64,000 bases of DNA from Desulfobacterales bacterium (GTDB lineage: Bacteria > Desulfobacterota > Desulfobacteria > Desulfobacterales > JBGLNM01): contig JBGLNM010000001.1 of assembly GCA_041299705.1 (NCBI GenBank), positions 722,714 to 786,713 of the forward strand, given 5' to 3'. Positions within the stretch are counted from its first letter, which is position 1; each line of letters begins with the position of its first letter. The notes beneath the pieces are model-generated. The model did not search any database, had not been told where the DNA came from, and saw nothing but the letters and a program-made list of their open reading frames with translations. The position numbers and the translations under genes were made by a program. Of the stretch, positions 1-9,976 are shown piece after piece.

Positions 1-1661
1 TTTTTCGACCCGGACCCCCGCCGGCCGGACCACGTCTACTGCAAGCGGGGCGGTTTTCTCTCGCCGGCGCCCTTCGACCCTTCCGAGTTCGGCATCCCCC
101 CCTCTTCCCTGGAGGCCACCGACACCTCCCAGCTGCTGGGACTCCTGGCCGCAAGGATGGCCCTGGAGGATGCCGGGTACGGGGGCGGCAAGCCTTTCGA
201 CCGGACCCGCACCAGTGTGATCCTGGGCGTCACCGGAACCCAGGAGCTGGTGATCCCCCTGGGCGCCCGGCTGGCCCACCCCGCCTGGCGCCGCGCCCTC
301 CTGGAAAGCGGCGTTCCCGCGGAACAGGCCGAGCGGGTCGTGGCCCGCATATCGGAGGCCTTCGTCCCCTGGCAGGAAAGCTCCTTCCCTGGCCTCCTGG
401 GCAATGTCGTCGCCGGGCGGATTTCCAACCGCCTGGATCTGAGCGGCACCAACTGCGTCGTGGATGCCGCCTGCGCCAGTTCCATGAGCGCCGTTCACAT
501 GGCCCTGATGGAGCTTTCCGCGGGGCGCAGCGACATGGTGATCACCGGCGGGGTCGACACCCTCAACGACATTTTCATGCACATGTGCTTCGCCAAGACC
601 CGCATTCTTTCCCCCACGGGCAATGCGCGCCCGTTCTCCGAGCTCGCCGACGGCACGGTCCTGGGAGAGGGGGTCGGCCTGATGGTGCTCAAACGCCTCT
701 CCGACGCCGAACGCGACGGCGACACCATCTATGCCGTCATCCGCGGGCTGGGCTCCTCCAGCGACGGACGCTCCCAGAGCATCTACGCCCCCCGCCCGGA
801 GGGCCAGGCCAAGGCGCTGCGGGCCGCTTACGCGCGGGCCGGGGTCAGCCCCGCGAGCGTCGGGATGGTGGAGGCCCACGGCACCGGCACGCGGGTGGGG
901 GACGAAGCCGAGTTCAGCGCCCTCCGGCAGGTCTTCGAAGAGGCCGACCCGGGCCCCGGCGCGCCGAAGCGGCGCTGCGCCCTCGGCTCGGTCAAGTCGA
1001 TGATCGGCCACACCAAGGCGGCGGCCGGGGCCGCCGGGATGATCAAAGCCGTCCTCGCCCTCCACCACAAGGCGCTTCTCCCCACCCTCAAGGCCGATCG
1101 CCCCGACCCGAAGCTCGCCATGCACGACAGCCCCTTCTACCTCTCCACCCGCACCCGGCCCTGGCTGCCGCCCCCCCGGCATCCCCGGCGCTGCGGGGTC
1201 AGCGCGTTCGGGTTCGGGGGCAGCAATTTCCACCTGGTCCTGGAGGAGCACCGTTCGGCCAAAACCAGGGTGTCGTGGGACGGTTCGGTGGAAATCGCCG
1301 CATTTTCTTCGTCCGACGGGGAAGGGCTGGTCCGCGACCTGGCACACTTCTGTGCCCGCTGGGCCTCCGACGGGGCGGCGGGCGCCGCCGCGCTGGCAGC
1401 CGCCGCGCGGCAGGGTTTCTCCGCCTCGGCCCCCCAGCGCCTGTTGCTGGCCTTCGAACTCCCGCGCGAACCCCGGGGGCTCGACGCCACCCCCCTGCCC
1501 GGGCTGCTGGCGGCGGCGCAGCGCGAGGGCGCGGAGGCCTTGCGCTCGGCCGGCCGGGCGGGCGCGAACGTTTTTTACGGAACCGGGGAGCCATCCGGAA
1601 AGACCTGCCTCCTCTTCCCCGGACAGGGGAGCCAGTACCTGGACATGGGGCGCGACCTGGA
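1..1661 (+). CDS. Type I polyketide/PUFA-synthase-like fragment: beta-ketoacyl synthase (KS) domain plus the first residues of an acyltransferase (AT) domain. The 5-prime end runs off the window and the 3-prime end is interrupted.
   Basis: Frame +1 is open from nt 1. KS motifs DAACASS, EAHGTGTRVGD and GSVKSMIGHTKAAAG are present. The AT start LLFPGQGSQYLDMGRDL ends at ~1659, where similarity stops. Confidence 0.85.
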
Positions 1662-3155
1662 GTGGTCTTCGGCGGGTTCGCTGCCAAGGAACTGGCCGTG
1701 CGCATCAACGACGCCAAGCCCAAGGTCATCGTGAGCGCCTCCTGCGGGATCGAGGTCAAGCGGGTCATCCCCTACAAGCCCCTCCTCGACGGCGCCATCG
1801 ACATGGCCGAGGCCAAGCCGCAGAAGTGCATCATCTTCCAGCGCCCCATGGAAAAGGCCCCCATGGTGGCCGGGCGGGACCTGGACTGGGTGGAGCTCAC
1901 GGCCGGCGCCAAGCCCGCGGACTGCGTGCCCGTGGCCGCCACCGACCCCCTCTACATCCTCTACACCTCGGGGACCACCGGCATTCCCAAGGGGGTCGTG
2001 CGCGACAACGGCGGACACGCCGTGGCCTTGAAGTGGACCATGAAGAACATCTACAACGTCGACAAGGGGGACGTCTACTGGGCCGCCTCCGATGTCGGCT
2101 GGGTCGTGGGCCACTCCTACATCGTCTACGGCCCGCTGCTCAGGGGCTGCACCACCATCCTCTACGAGGGCAAGCCGGTGATGACCCCGGACGCGGGCGC
2201 TTTCTGGCGCGTCATCTCCCAGCACAAGGTGCGCACCCTGTTCACCGCCCCCACCGCCTTCCGCGCCATCAAGCAGCAGGACCCGGCCGCCAAGCTGGTC
2301 AAGGACTACGACCTGTCCAAGTACTACGCCCTCTTCCTGGCCGGCGAGCGCCTCGACCCCGACACCCTCAAGTGGGCCGAGAGAAACCTGAAGGTGCCGG
2401 TCATCGACCACTGGTGGCAGACCGAAACCGGCTGGGCCATCGCGGGCAACTGCCTCGGACTGCACCACTTCCCGGTCAAGGAAGGCTCTCCCACCAAGCC
2501 GGCCCCGGGCTGGAATCTGCGCGCCCTCGACCCTGAGACCAAGGAGGTGCTGCCTCCCGGCCAGATCGGCGCCCTGGTGGCCAAGCTGCCCCTGCCCCCG
2601 GGTACCCTGCCGACCCTCTGGAACAACGACGAGGGCTTCCTCAAGTCCTACATGGAGGAGTTCCCCGGCTACTACAAGACCGCCGACGCCGGGTTCATCG
2701 ACACCGACGGCTACGTCTTCGTCATGGCGCGCACCGACGACATCATCAACGTGGCCGGCCACCGCCTCTCCACCGGCGGCATGGAGGAGATCCTGGCCGA
2801 CCACCCGGATGTGGCCGAGTGCGCCGTGCTGGGCGTCGACGACGAGCTCAAGGGCCAGGTGCCGGTGGGCTTCATGGTGCTCAACGCCGGGGTGGACCGG
2901 CCCCACGAGGAGATCGTCAAGGAGGTGGTCCAGATGGTCCGGGACCGCATCGGGGCGGTGGCATCCTTCAGGAAGGCGGTGGTGGTCAAACGCCTGCCCA
3001 AGACCCGGTCGGGCAAGATCCTGCGGGGCACCATCCAGAAGATCGCCGACAACAAGGAGTGGAAGATGCCGGCGACCATCGACGACCCGGTGGTTCTCGA
3101 CGAGATGACCGAGGCCCTGGAAACCATCGGCCTCGGCAAGGCACGCAGCGTATAG
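1662..3155 (+). CDS. prpE: Propionyl-CoA/acyl-CoA synthetase, C-terminal ~3/4 only (N-terminal part of the family is missing)
   Basis: Motifs VVFGGFAAKELAVRINDAKPKVIVSASCGIE, AMP-binding YTSGTTGIPKG, WWQTETG, YYKTADAGFIDTDGYVFVMARTDDIINVAGHR and PKTRSGKILR. It is in a different frame from the upstream KS ORF. The R/P/G-rich 585-1661 part of the listed ORF is out-of-frame read-through. Confidence 0.85.
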   Translation: MVFGGFAAKELAVRINDAKPKVIVSASCGIEVKRVIPYKPLLDGAIDMAEAKPQKCIIFQRPMEKAPMVAGRDLDWVELTAGAKPADCVPVAATDPLYILYTSGTTGIPKGVVRDNGGHAVALKWTMKNIYNVDKGDVYWAASDVGWVVGHSYIVYGPLLRGCTTILYEGKPVMTPDAGAFWRVISQHKVRTLFTAPTAFRAIKQQDPAAKLVKDYDLSKYYALFLAGERLDPDTLKWAERNLKVPVIDHWWQTETGWAIAGNCLGLHHFPVKEGSPTKPAPGWNLRALDPETKEVLPPGQIGALVAKLPLPPGTLPTLWNNDEGFLKSYMEEFPGYYKTADAGFIDTDGYVFVMARTDDIINVAGHRLSTGGMEEILADHPDVAECAVLGVDDELKGQVPVGFMVLNAGVDRPHEEIVKEVVQMVRDRIGAVASFRKAVVVKRLPKTRSGKILRGTIQKIADNKEWKMPATIDDPVVLDEMTEALETIGLGKARSV

Positions 3156-3183
3156 CCCCCACAGCAAAAGCGGAGCGACCCGA

Positions 3184-3212
3184 GCCGGCGCAGGCATGCG
3201 CCGGCTTTTTTT
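3184..3212 (+). terminator. Rho-independent terminator after prpE
   Basis: Perfect 9-bp stem GCCGGCGCA/TGCGCCGGC with a 4-nt loop, followed by TTTTTTT. Confidence 0.75.
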
Positions 3213-3418
3213 CGGGCCACCGGCGGCGGGCGTTGGAACGCGCCCCGGGCGCCTCAAAACTGTTGTCATCCGGGATCTTTCATGCTATTTGCGCCTTGAT
3301 TGTACCGTCGGGTCCAGGCTGTTTCACATGCAACGGGCACGTTCGTGCCGATCGTTCCGGACCCGGGCCGTCCCCCGCGCGGGAACCGGCCCGGGGGAAG
3401 CGTCAGGAGGATTGCGCA

Positions 3419-3904
3419 ATGGCTCAGGGGAAGACGATGGTAACGCTCGCGGGGGTGGTCATCATTTCCGGCCTGCTCCAGGTGTTGTTGGTTTTCGCCG
3501 ACTGCAGGAACTCGCCCAGCAACACGGCGGTCGAATTCACCAAGGCCTACTTCCGGTTCGACCCGTCCATGACCGATTGGCTCTGCCGCGAGATCGCCCG
3601 GGGCGGGGACGCCGACCCGGTCGGCGACTTCCTCTACCGGTCCTCGGAGGAAGCCCGCCAGAAGGGTTACCCCCTGAGCGCGATGCGTTCCACCCTCTAC
3701 CACATCGAAACCGAGACCGTTCACAAGGGCGACAAGGCCGCCGAGGTCCGCCTCACGGCCGTCCGCCGGCAGGCGGGCAACCCGGTCTTCGCATGGGTGG
3801 CCAAGCTCTTTTTCCTCGGCGAGGCCCATGAGGTGGACAAGACCGTCGAAGTCGTCAACGAGGATGGGAAGTGGCGGGTGTGCGGCAAGCCGTTCCCGGC
3901 CTGA
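3419..3904 (+). CDS. Hypothetical membrane-anchored protein (161 aa)
   Basis: ATG is preceded by AGGAGG at 3405-3410. N-terminal hydrophobic segment VTLAGVVIISGLLQVLLVFA. No family recognised. Confidence 0.55.
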   Translation: MAQGKTMVTLAGVVIISGLLQVLLVFADCRNSPSNTAVEFTKAYFRFDPSMTDWLCREIARGGDADPVGDFLYRSSEEARQKGYPLSAMRSTLYHIETETVHKGDKAAEVRLTAVRRQAGNPVFAWVAKLFFLGEAHEVDKTVEVVNEDGKWRVCGKPFPA

Positions 3905-4030
3905 GGTTTCGGGGCCCCGCCGGCACCCGGCCCCGCGCCCCCGCGCCGGCCCTGAAACCGCGCGATCCCCCCGGCGTGAAGGCCCCGCGGCCGGTGGGCG
4001 GCACCCCTCGCCCCTGCCTTGAATCGAGAC

Positions 4031-4789
4031 ATGATGCCTGTGTATGCCCGACTCCAGGAACGGGCGCGCCTGATCGTTTCCCGTCTCCCGCAGCCTTTTT
4101 TTTACACCGAGCAGCCGGCCGCCCAGCATCTCTCCCGCCGGCTGCTGGCCTCCCACCCGGTTTCGGCCGATCTCCAGGCCTTCGTGGCCGCCCGCCTGGA
4201 TGACGATTACGGGCACGGCCTGGATCACAGCACCAAGGTGGCCCTGGATGCCGGCGCCCTGATGCTCCTGGAGGGCGCGCGCCTGGGGCACACCCCCGCC
4301 GACGTGCGCCGCCGGGTGCTGGTCGCACACTGCGCCGGCCTGCTCCACGACATCCGCCGCAAGGCGCCGCAGCACGCCGAGGCCGGGGCGGAGTTCGCCG
4401 CCGGCGCCCTGCAGGCCTACCCCTTTTCAGCCCGGGAGATCGACGACATCTGCCTGGCGATCCGCAACCACGAGGCCTTCCGCCCCCAGGTGGCCATCGA
4501 CTCGCTGGAGGGAAGGCTGGTCGCGGACTGCCTCTACGATGCGGACAAGTTCCGCTGGGGGCCGGACAATTTCACCGACACCCTCTGGAAAATGGTGGCC
4601 TTCCTGGACCCGCCGCTTTCCGTGTTCGTCGGCCGGTATCCGTCGGGAATGGAAAAGATCGCCAAGATCCGTTCCACCTTTCGAAGCCGCACCGGGAAGA
4701 AGTACGGTCCCCAGTTCATCGACCTCGGGCTGGCCGCGGGAAACGAGCTCTACGCGGAGATCCTGTCCGATTTCAGCCATCTGATCTAA
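4031..4789 (+). CDS. HD-domain metal-dependent phosphohydrolase
   Basis: Motifs HGLDHSTKV and LLHDIRRK, then a later HE/D pattern. The ATG at 4031 is preferred over the TTG at 4019. Confidence 0.6.
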   Translation: MMPVYARLQERARLIVSRLPQPFFYTEQPAAQHLSRRLLASHPVSADLQAFVAARLDDDYGHGLDHSTKVALDAGALMLLEGARLGHTPADVRRRVLVAHCAGLLHDIRRKAPQHAEAGAEFAAGALQAYPFSAREIDDICLAIRNHEAFRPQVAIDSLEGRLVADCLYDADKFRWGPDNFTDTLWKMVAFLDPPLSVFVGRYPSGMEKIAKIRSTFRSRTGKKYGPQFIDLGLAAGNELYAEILSDFSHLI

Positions 4790-4801
4790 GGAGAAGCCGC
4801 C

Positions 4802-6913
4802 ATGGGCCTCAACCTCGACGCGGTCGGCCGGGAAATCGGCCCGGTCACCAAAGCCTACACCTGGAAAGACGCAGCCCTGTATGCCCTGGGGGTCGGGGCC
4901 GGCTTCCCCGAACTGGAGTACTGCTACGAAAACGGGCTCAAGGTCCTGCCGAGCTTCGCCATCACGACCCTCTACGACTTCCTGCCGGCCCTGGCGGCCG
5001 CCTCCAACGTCAACCTGGCCGGCATCCTTCACGGCGAACAGGCCCTCGTCTTCCACAACCCCATCCCCCCGGAGGGAACCCTGTCCACGGTGGGGCGGAT
5101 CACCGCCTTCTACGACAAGGGCCGCGACAGGGGGGCCCTGGTGCTGGCCGAAAGCGTCACCCGCGACGGGAACGGCCGCAAGCTGTTTTCCGGGGTCACG
5201 ACCCTCTTCTCGCGCCTGGACGGCGGCTTCGGCGGCCCGGCGGCCCCCCGTGCCGAGGTGGTCTTCCCCGGCCGGCCGCCCGACGCGGTCGCCGCCGGGA
5301 AACCCTCGGAAAACCAGCCCCTGCTGTTCCGCCTGTCGGGCGACGTGTTCCCCCTGCACGTGGATGCGGCCTTCGCCAGGCGCGCCGGCTTCGAGGGGCC
5401 CATCATGCACGGCCTGTGCACCCACGGATTCGCCTGCCTGGCCCTCATCAACCGGCTCACCCCCGGCGCGCCGGAGAAGGTGCGGCGCCTCTCCTGCCGC
5501 TTCACGCGGCCCCTCTACCCGGGCACGCCCATCGAGACCCGCATCTGGCAGGTGGCCGCGGGCCGGGCCCTGTGGCAGGTGGTCAACGCCGTTTCCGGCG
5601 AGATCGTCATCGACCGGGGCGAGTTCGAGTTCGGCGAGGCGCCGGCCGACACCGTCCGCTTCGACGGGCAGGTGGCCGTCGTGACCGGGGCCGGCGGCGG
5701 CCTGGGCCGGGTTTACGCCCTTGAGCTGGCCCGGAGGGGGGCCAGGGTGGTGGTCAACGACCTGGGCGGCGGCCGGGACGGCACAGGGGAAGCCACCCGC
5801 GCGCCGGCCGAACGGGTGGTGGAGGAGATCCGCGCCCTGGGCGGCGAGGCCGTGGCCAACGGCGACAGCGTGGCCGCGGCCGAAGGCGGCGAGGCCATCG
5901 TCGCCGCCGCCCTGAAGGCCTTCGGCCGGCTGGATGTCCTCATCAACAACGCCGGGATCCTGCGCGACAAGAGCTTTGCCAAGATGTCGCCCGGGGAATG
6001 GCGGGCCGTCCTCGACGTCCACCTCGACGGTGCCTGCCACGTCACCCGGCCGGCCTTCGCCGTCATGAAGGAACAGGGCTACGGCCGCATCCTGATGACC
6101 ACCTCGGGCTCCGGCCTCTACGGCAATTTCGGCCAGGCCAACTACTCGGCGGCCAAGCTGGGGCTGGTGGGCCTGATGAACACCCTCAAGATCGAAGGGC
6201 TGCGGCACGACATCAAGGTCAACGCCGTGGCCCCGGTGGCGGCCTCGCGCCTGACCGAGGACGTGATGCCCGGCGACCTCTTCGGCCGGATGGCGCCCGA
6301 GGCGGTGGCCCCCCTGGTCCTTTTCCTCTGCTCCCGCGACTGCCCGGTGAGCGGCCGCGTCTACAACGTGGGCGCCGGCTTCGCCAACCGCGCGGCGGTC
6401 GTCACCTGGCGCAACGTGGTGGTGGGCGACGCACGCACGCCGCCGACGGTGGAGGCGGTCGTCGACAGCCTCGCCCGGATCGACTCCCTGGAGGGCGGCA
6501 GGGAGTACTGGGAGGCGATCCTGCAGATCGGGGACGCGGCGGCGGCCCTCAGCGCACCGGCCGGCGGCGGCCCGGGTGCGGGCCCCGCGGGCCCCCCCTC
6601 GGTGGCGGAGGTCTTCGCGGCCATGCCCGGGGCCTTCGTGGCCGAGGCCGCCGCCGGGGTGGACGTGGTCTTCCAGTTCGACATCTCCGGCCGGGGGGGC
6701 GGCAGCTGGCACTGCATCGTCAGGGGCGGCGCCTGCACGGTGGCCGAGGGGGCCCACGACCGGCCGGCGTGCACCGTCAGGATGGCGGCGGACGACTTCC
6801 TGGCCATGATGGCCGGGACCCTGCCGGCCATGCAGGCCTACACCTCGGGCAGGCTGAAGATCGAGGGCGACATCATGAAATCGCAGCTCATCGAAAAGCT
6901 GTTCAAATTCTGA
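4802..6913 (+). CDS. Three-domain protein: MaoC-like (R)-hydratase hot-dog + short-chain dehydrogenase + SCP2 sterol-carrier domain (MFE-2-like with permuted domain order)
   Basis: N-terminal hot-dog region (PLHVDAAFARRAGFEGPIMHG). SDR motifs VVTGAGGGLG, NNAG and YSAAK. C-terminal SCP2-like region (MQAYTSGRLKIEGDIMKSQLIEKLF). Confidence 0.8.
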   Translation: MGLNLDAVGREIGPVTKAYTWKDAALYALGVGAGFPELEYCYENGLKVLPSFAITTLYDFLPALAAASNVNLAGILHGEQALVFHNPIPPEGTLSTVGRITAFYDKGRDRGALVLAESVTRDGNGRKLFSGVTTLFSRLDGGFGGPAAPRAEVVFPGRPPDAVAAGKPSENQPLLFRLSGDVFPLHVDAAFARRAGFEGPIMHGLCTHGFACLALINRLTPGAPEKVRRLSCRFTRPLYPGTPIETRIWQVAAGRALWQVVNAVSGEIVIDRGEFEFGEAPADTVRFDGQVAVVTGAGGGLGRVYALELARRGARVVVNDLGGGRDGTGEATRAPAERVVEEIRALGGEAVANGDSVAAAEGGEAIVAAALKAFGRLDVLINNAGILRDKSFAKMSPGEWRAVLDVHLDGACHVTRPAFAVMKEQGYGRILMTTSGSGLYGNFGQANYSAAKLGLVGLMNTLKIEGLRHDIKVNAVAPVAASRLTEDVMPGDLFGRMAPEAVAPLVLFLCSRDCPVSGRVYNVGAGFANRAAVVTWRNVVVGDARTPPTVEAVVDSLARIDSLEGGREYWEAILQIGDAAAALSAPAGGGPGAGPAGPPSVAEVFAAMPGAFVAEAAAGVDVVFQFDISGRGGGSWHCIVRGGACTVAEGAHDRPACTVRMAADDFLAMMAGTLPAMQAYTSGRLKIEGDIMKSQLIEKLFKF

Positions 6914-6940
6914 TCGAAGCTTGAAGCATTTGACCCTTGA

Positions 6941-6968
6941 CCCTGAACGGGGAACCTTGAACGGGGAA
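6941..6968 (+). repeat. Tandem 14-nt repeat (CCCTGAACGGGGAA / CCTTGAACGGGGAA) in the intergenic spacer
   Basis: Two adjacent near-identical units. The first 16 nt recur inverted at 61380-61395. Confidence 0.8.
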
Positions 6969-6974
6969 CGGACT

Positions 6975-7964
6975 ATGATCGGAATCACCTCCTTCGGCGC
7001 CTACATCCCGCGGCTGCGCCTGGACCGCATGGCGATTTTCAGGAACATGGGCTGGTTCGCCCCGGCGGTGGTCATGGTGGCCCAGGGGGAGCGCGCCATG
7101 TGCAACTGGGACGAGGACGCCGTCACCATGGCGGTGGCCGCGGCCCGGGACTGCCTCACCGGCCGGGACAAGCTGGCCCTGGACGGCCTCTACCTGGGGT
7201 CGACCACCCTGCCCTTCGCCGACCGCCAGAACGCCGGCATCGTCGCCACGGCCCTCAACCTGCGCGCGGACATCCTCACCCTGGATGTCACCGGGTCCCA
7301 GCGCGCCGGCACCGCCGCCCTCCTCGCCGGCCTGGAAGCGGTCATGAGCGGGGAGCGGCGCGAGATCCTGGTGGCCGCCGCGGACCGCCGCGAGACCCGC
7401 ACGGGCTATTTCTACGAGATGTGGTTCGGTGACGGGGCCGCCGCCCTGAGCATAGGGGCCGAAAACGTCGTCGCCGCCTTCAAGGGCTCGCACTCGGTCT
7501 CCTACGACTTCGTGGACCACTACCGCGCCGCCGGCCGGCGCTTCGACTATGTCTGGGAGGAACGCTGGGCCAGGGACGAGGGGTATGCCCGCATCATTCC
7601 CGAGGCGGTCAACGGCCTGCTCGCCAAACTCGGCCTTTCCATCGGGCAGATCGACCGCCTGGTCTACCCCTGCATCTTCAAGGCCGAGCACCGCAACATC
7701 GCCCGTGGCCTGGGGGCCGCCGAGGACCGGGTCGCCCACAACCTCCACGAGGAGTGCGGCGAGACCGGCACGGCGCACCCCCTGCTGATGCTGGTGGCGG
7801 CGCTGGAAAAGGCCAGGGCCGGGGACCGCATCCTGGTGGCCGGTTTCTGGCAGGGGTGCAGCGCCCTGCTCTTCGAGGTCACGGAGCAGATCGAGGGCCT
7901 GGTTCCCCGCAACGGTGTCGCCGGCAGCCTGAAGAACAGGCAGCCCACCGATTTTCTGGACTTG
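6975..7964 (+). CDS. Thiolase-fold HMG-CoA-synthase-like protein, C-terminal end replaced (boundary +/-15 nt)
   Basis: Start MIGITSFGAYIPRLRL, then NWDEDAVTMAVAAARD and the overall HMGCS/archaeal-type condensing-enzyme pattern up to ~SLKNRQPTD. Confidence 0.65.
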
Positions 7965-9974
7965 ACCCTCAAGACGGGGACAAGGGAGCTCAAGGGGGTG
8001 GTCGTCGAGAAGGCGCAAGCCGAGGAGCGCTACGAGGACGCCGTCACCGACGGGGACACGGCCATCATGCTGGAGCAGGTCGAACCCGGCCTTTACACCA
8101 TGAACGTCGGCAACCTGCAGCCCGGGGAGACCGTCGACATCACGATCGCCTACGCCGAGCTTCTGAAGTGGCGCGACGACTCCCTGAGGTTTTTCCTGCC
8201 CACCACCGTCGCGCCGAGGTACGGAGACCCCGTGCGTGCAGGCGTCCAGCCCCACCAGGCGCCGGAATACGACCTGTGCGCCGGGAACCCCTTCAGCGTC
8301 AGCGTGACGATTTCCGGTGTTCTGGCCGGGGCCGCCGTCGAGTGCCCTTCCCACGGGATCGTCACGGAAAGACGGGGGGAAGACACGGTGGTGCGCCTCG
8401 AAAAAGCGCAGGCCCTCATGGACCGGGATTTCGTCCTCGAGATTTCCATGCAGGGCGGGGCGAAGGGCGCCGCGCAGGTGCAAAGGGACGGCGAAGGCTA
8501 TGTCGCCCTGGCGTCTTTTTACCCCAGGCTCCCAGCCGCACCCGGCAGCGCCCCCCGCTGCCTCACGATCGTGGTGGACTGCTCCGGCTCCATGGGCGGG
8601 GACTCCATCGCCCAGGCGCGAGGGGCGCTGCTGGAAATCCTGGGGCTCCTGCGGCCCCGGGACCGGTTCAATGTCATCCGCTTCGGCAGCTCCCTCGACA
8701 TGCTGTTCGAGACCGAGGTCCCGGCCGATGGCGCTAACCTGGAAAAGGCGCAGCGGGTCCTGGAAGTGCTGGACGCGGACATGGGGGGCACCGAAATCGG
8801 GCAGGCCGTCAGGGCCGCCGTCAGGGCCGGTTCGGGTGAACGGCGGTCGAAGGAGGTGCTGCTCATCACCGACGGGGAGGTGTGGGACTGGCAAGAGGTG
8901 ACGGCCATGGCCGCGCGGTCCGGCCACAGGTTTTTCACGGTGGGGGTGGGAAGCTCCGTGTCGGAGGCCTTCGTTCAGCGCCTGGCCGAGGTCACGGGCG
9001 GCGCCTGCGAGCTGGTGTCGCCGCGCGAGAACATGGCGGAAAAGATCGTCCGGCACTTCAAGCGTATCTTTTTCCCGAAGGCCGGAAACGTCCGGATCAT
9101 CTGGCCCGGAGAGCCGCAAAAGGTTCTCCCGGAGAACATCGGCCCCGTCTACGACGGGGACACGCTGCACGTGTTCGCCCGGTTCAGGGATCGGCCGGAG
9201 GGCTTTGTCGAGCTGCGGGCCGGACTCGAAAACGGGGAGGCCCTCGCCCAGAAGCTCCGGCTCCGGGACCGAGGGCTTGACGGGATCGAAGCCGGTTCCT
9301 TCGGGACCGCGGCGCGCGTGGCGGCCGCTCTGGAGATCGCGGCCCTGGAGGACCCGGAGGCGATTGCGGCGCTGGGTGTGAAGTACCAGTTGATGACCCG
9401 CTTCACGAACTGCCTGGCGGTCGACGTCCGGGCGGAAGGGGAGAAAGCCGCGGACCTGCCGGCCCTGCGGAAGACGCCCCAGGTGCTCGCCGCCGGGTGG
9501 GGCGGAGCGGGAAGGGTTGCGGACAGCGATGTCTGCTTTTCCATAAGCAGTGAGGATAGGGTGCAGGTATGCTTCGATCACTTGTATCTGCCGGTGCAGC
9601 GTTCTTTCGAATCCCTGATGCCTGCTGAGCAGTGGCGAAGGCAATGGTTCTTCGAGCGGCTGAACGGGCTCGACGCAGAAAGCTTCGCCCGCCTCGCCGG
9701 CGTCGGCGCCATCGCCGAGCTGGCGGCGCACGCAGCCCCGGAGGCTTTGATCGACGCCCTCAGGGAGCTGCGGGACGACGGCGTCGAGGAGAGGACTGCC
9801 GTGGTGACCTTCCTTTACCTCCTGTCCCAGGAAAACGGTTTCAAGCGGGACCTTTCCAGGTCCGCCAGGCGAATGATCGCCAGGGCCTACAAGCAGCTGC
9901 CGCCGGTCCCGGAGGGCGTCAACCGTCGTGTCAGGCAGGCCGTCGAACTCTATCTTCAGACAATGGGGAGCTGA
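7965..9974 (+). CDS. VIT + von Willebrand factor A domain protein, N-terminally truncated and read in frame with the preceding fragment
   Basis: VIT core GVVVEKAQAEERYEDAVTDGDTAIMLEQ..GNLQPGETV..FFLPTTVAPRYG. vWA MIDAS motif VVDCSGSMGG, followed by FNVIRFGSS and ITDGEV. Confidence 0.8.
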   Translation, partial: TLKTGTRELKGVVVEKAQAEERYEDAVTDGDTAIMLEQVEPGLYTMNVGNLQPGETVDITIAYAELLKWRDDSLRFFLPTTVAPRYGDPVRAGVQPHQAPEYDLCAGNPFSVSVTISGVLAGAAVECPSHGIVTERRGEDTVVRLEKAQALMDRDFVLEISMQGGAKGAAQVQRDGEGYVALASFYPRLPAAPGSAPRCLTIVVDCSGSMGGDSIAQARGALLEILGLLRPRDRFNVIRFGSSLDMLFETEVPADGANLEKAQRVLEVLDADMGGTEIGQAVRAAVRAGSGERRSKEVLLITDGEVWDWQEVTAMAARSGHRFFTVGVGSSVSEAFVQRLAEVTGGACELVSPRENMAEKIVRHFKRIFFPKAGNVRIIWPGEPQKVLPENIGPVYDGDTLHVFARFRDRPEGFVELRAGLENGEALAQKLRLRDRGLDGIEAGSFGTAARVAAALEIAALEDPEAIAALGVKYQLMTRFTNCLAVDVRAEGEKAADLPALRKTPQVLAAGWGGAGRVADSDVCFSISSEDRVQVCFDHLYLPVQRSFESLMPAEQWRRQWFFERLNGLDAESFARLAGVGAIAELAAHAAPEALIDALRELRDDGVEERTAVVTFLYLLSQENGFKRDLSRSARRMIARAYKQLPPVPEGVNRRVRQAVELYLQTMGS

Positions 9975-9976
9975 AC

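Noticed and set aside
585-1661. N-terminal 359 codons of the listed 856-aa ORF 585-3155, as a possible novel extension of PrpE
   Set aside because: The stretch is R/P/G-rich and out of frame over the KS domain, which has clear motifs in frame +1. Only 1662-3155 shows acyl-CoA synthetase similarity.
4427-9731. Very long minus-strand ORFs (4427-6988, 853 aa; 6903-9731, 942 aa) opposite the MaoC-SDR-SCP2 and HMGCS/VIT-vWA genes
   Set aside because: The translations are low-complexity and Arg/Gly/Pro/Asp-rich with no motifs. They mirror well-supported plus-strand genes. This is the typical stop-codon-poor antisense frame of GC-rich DNA.
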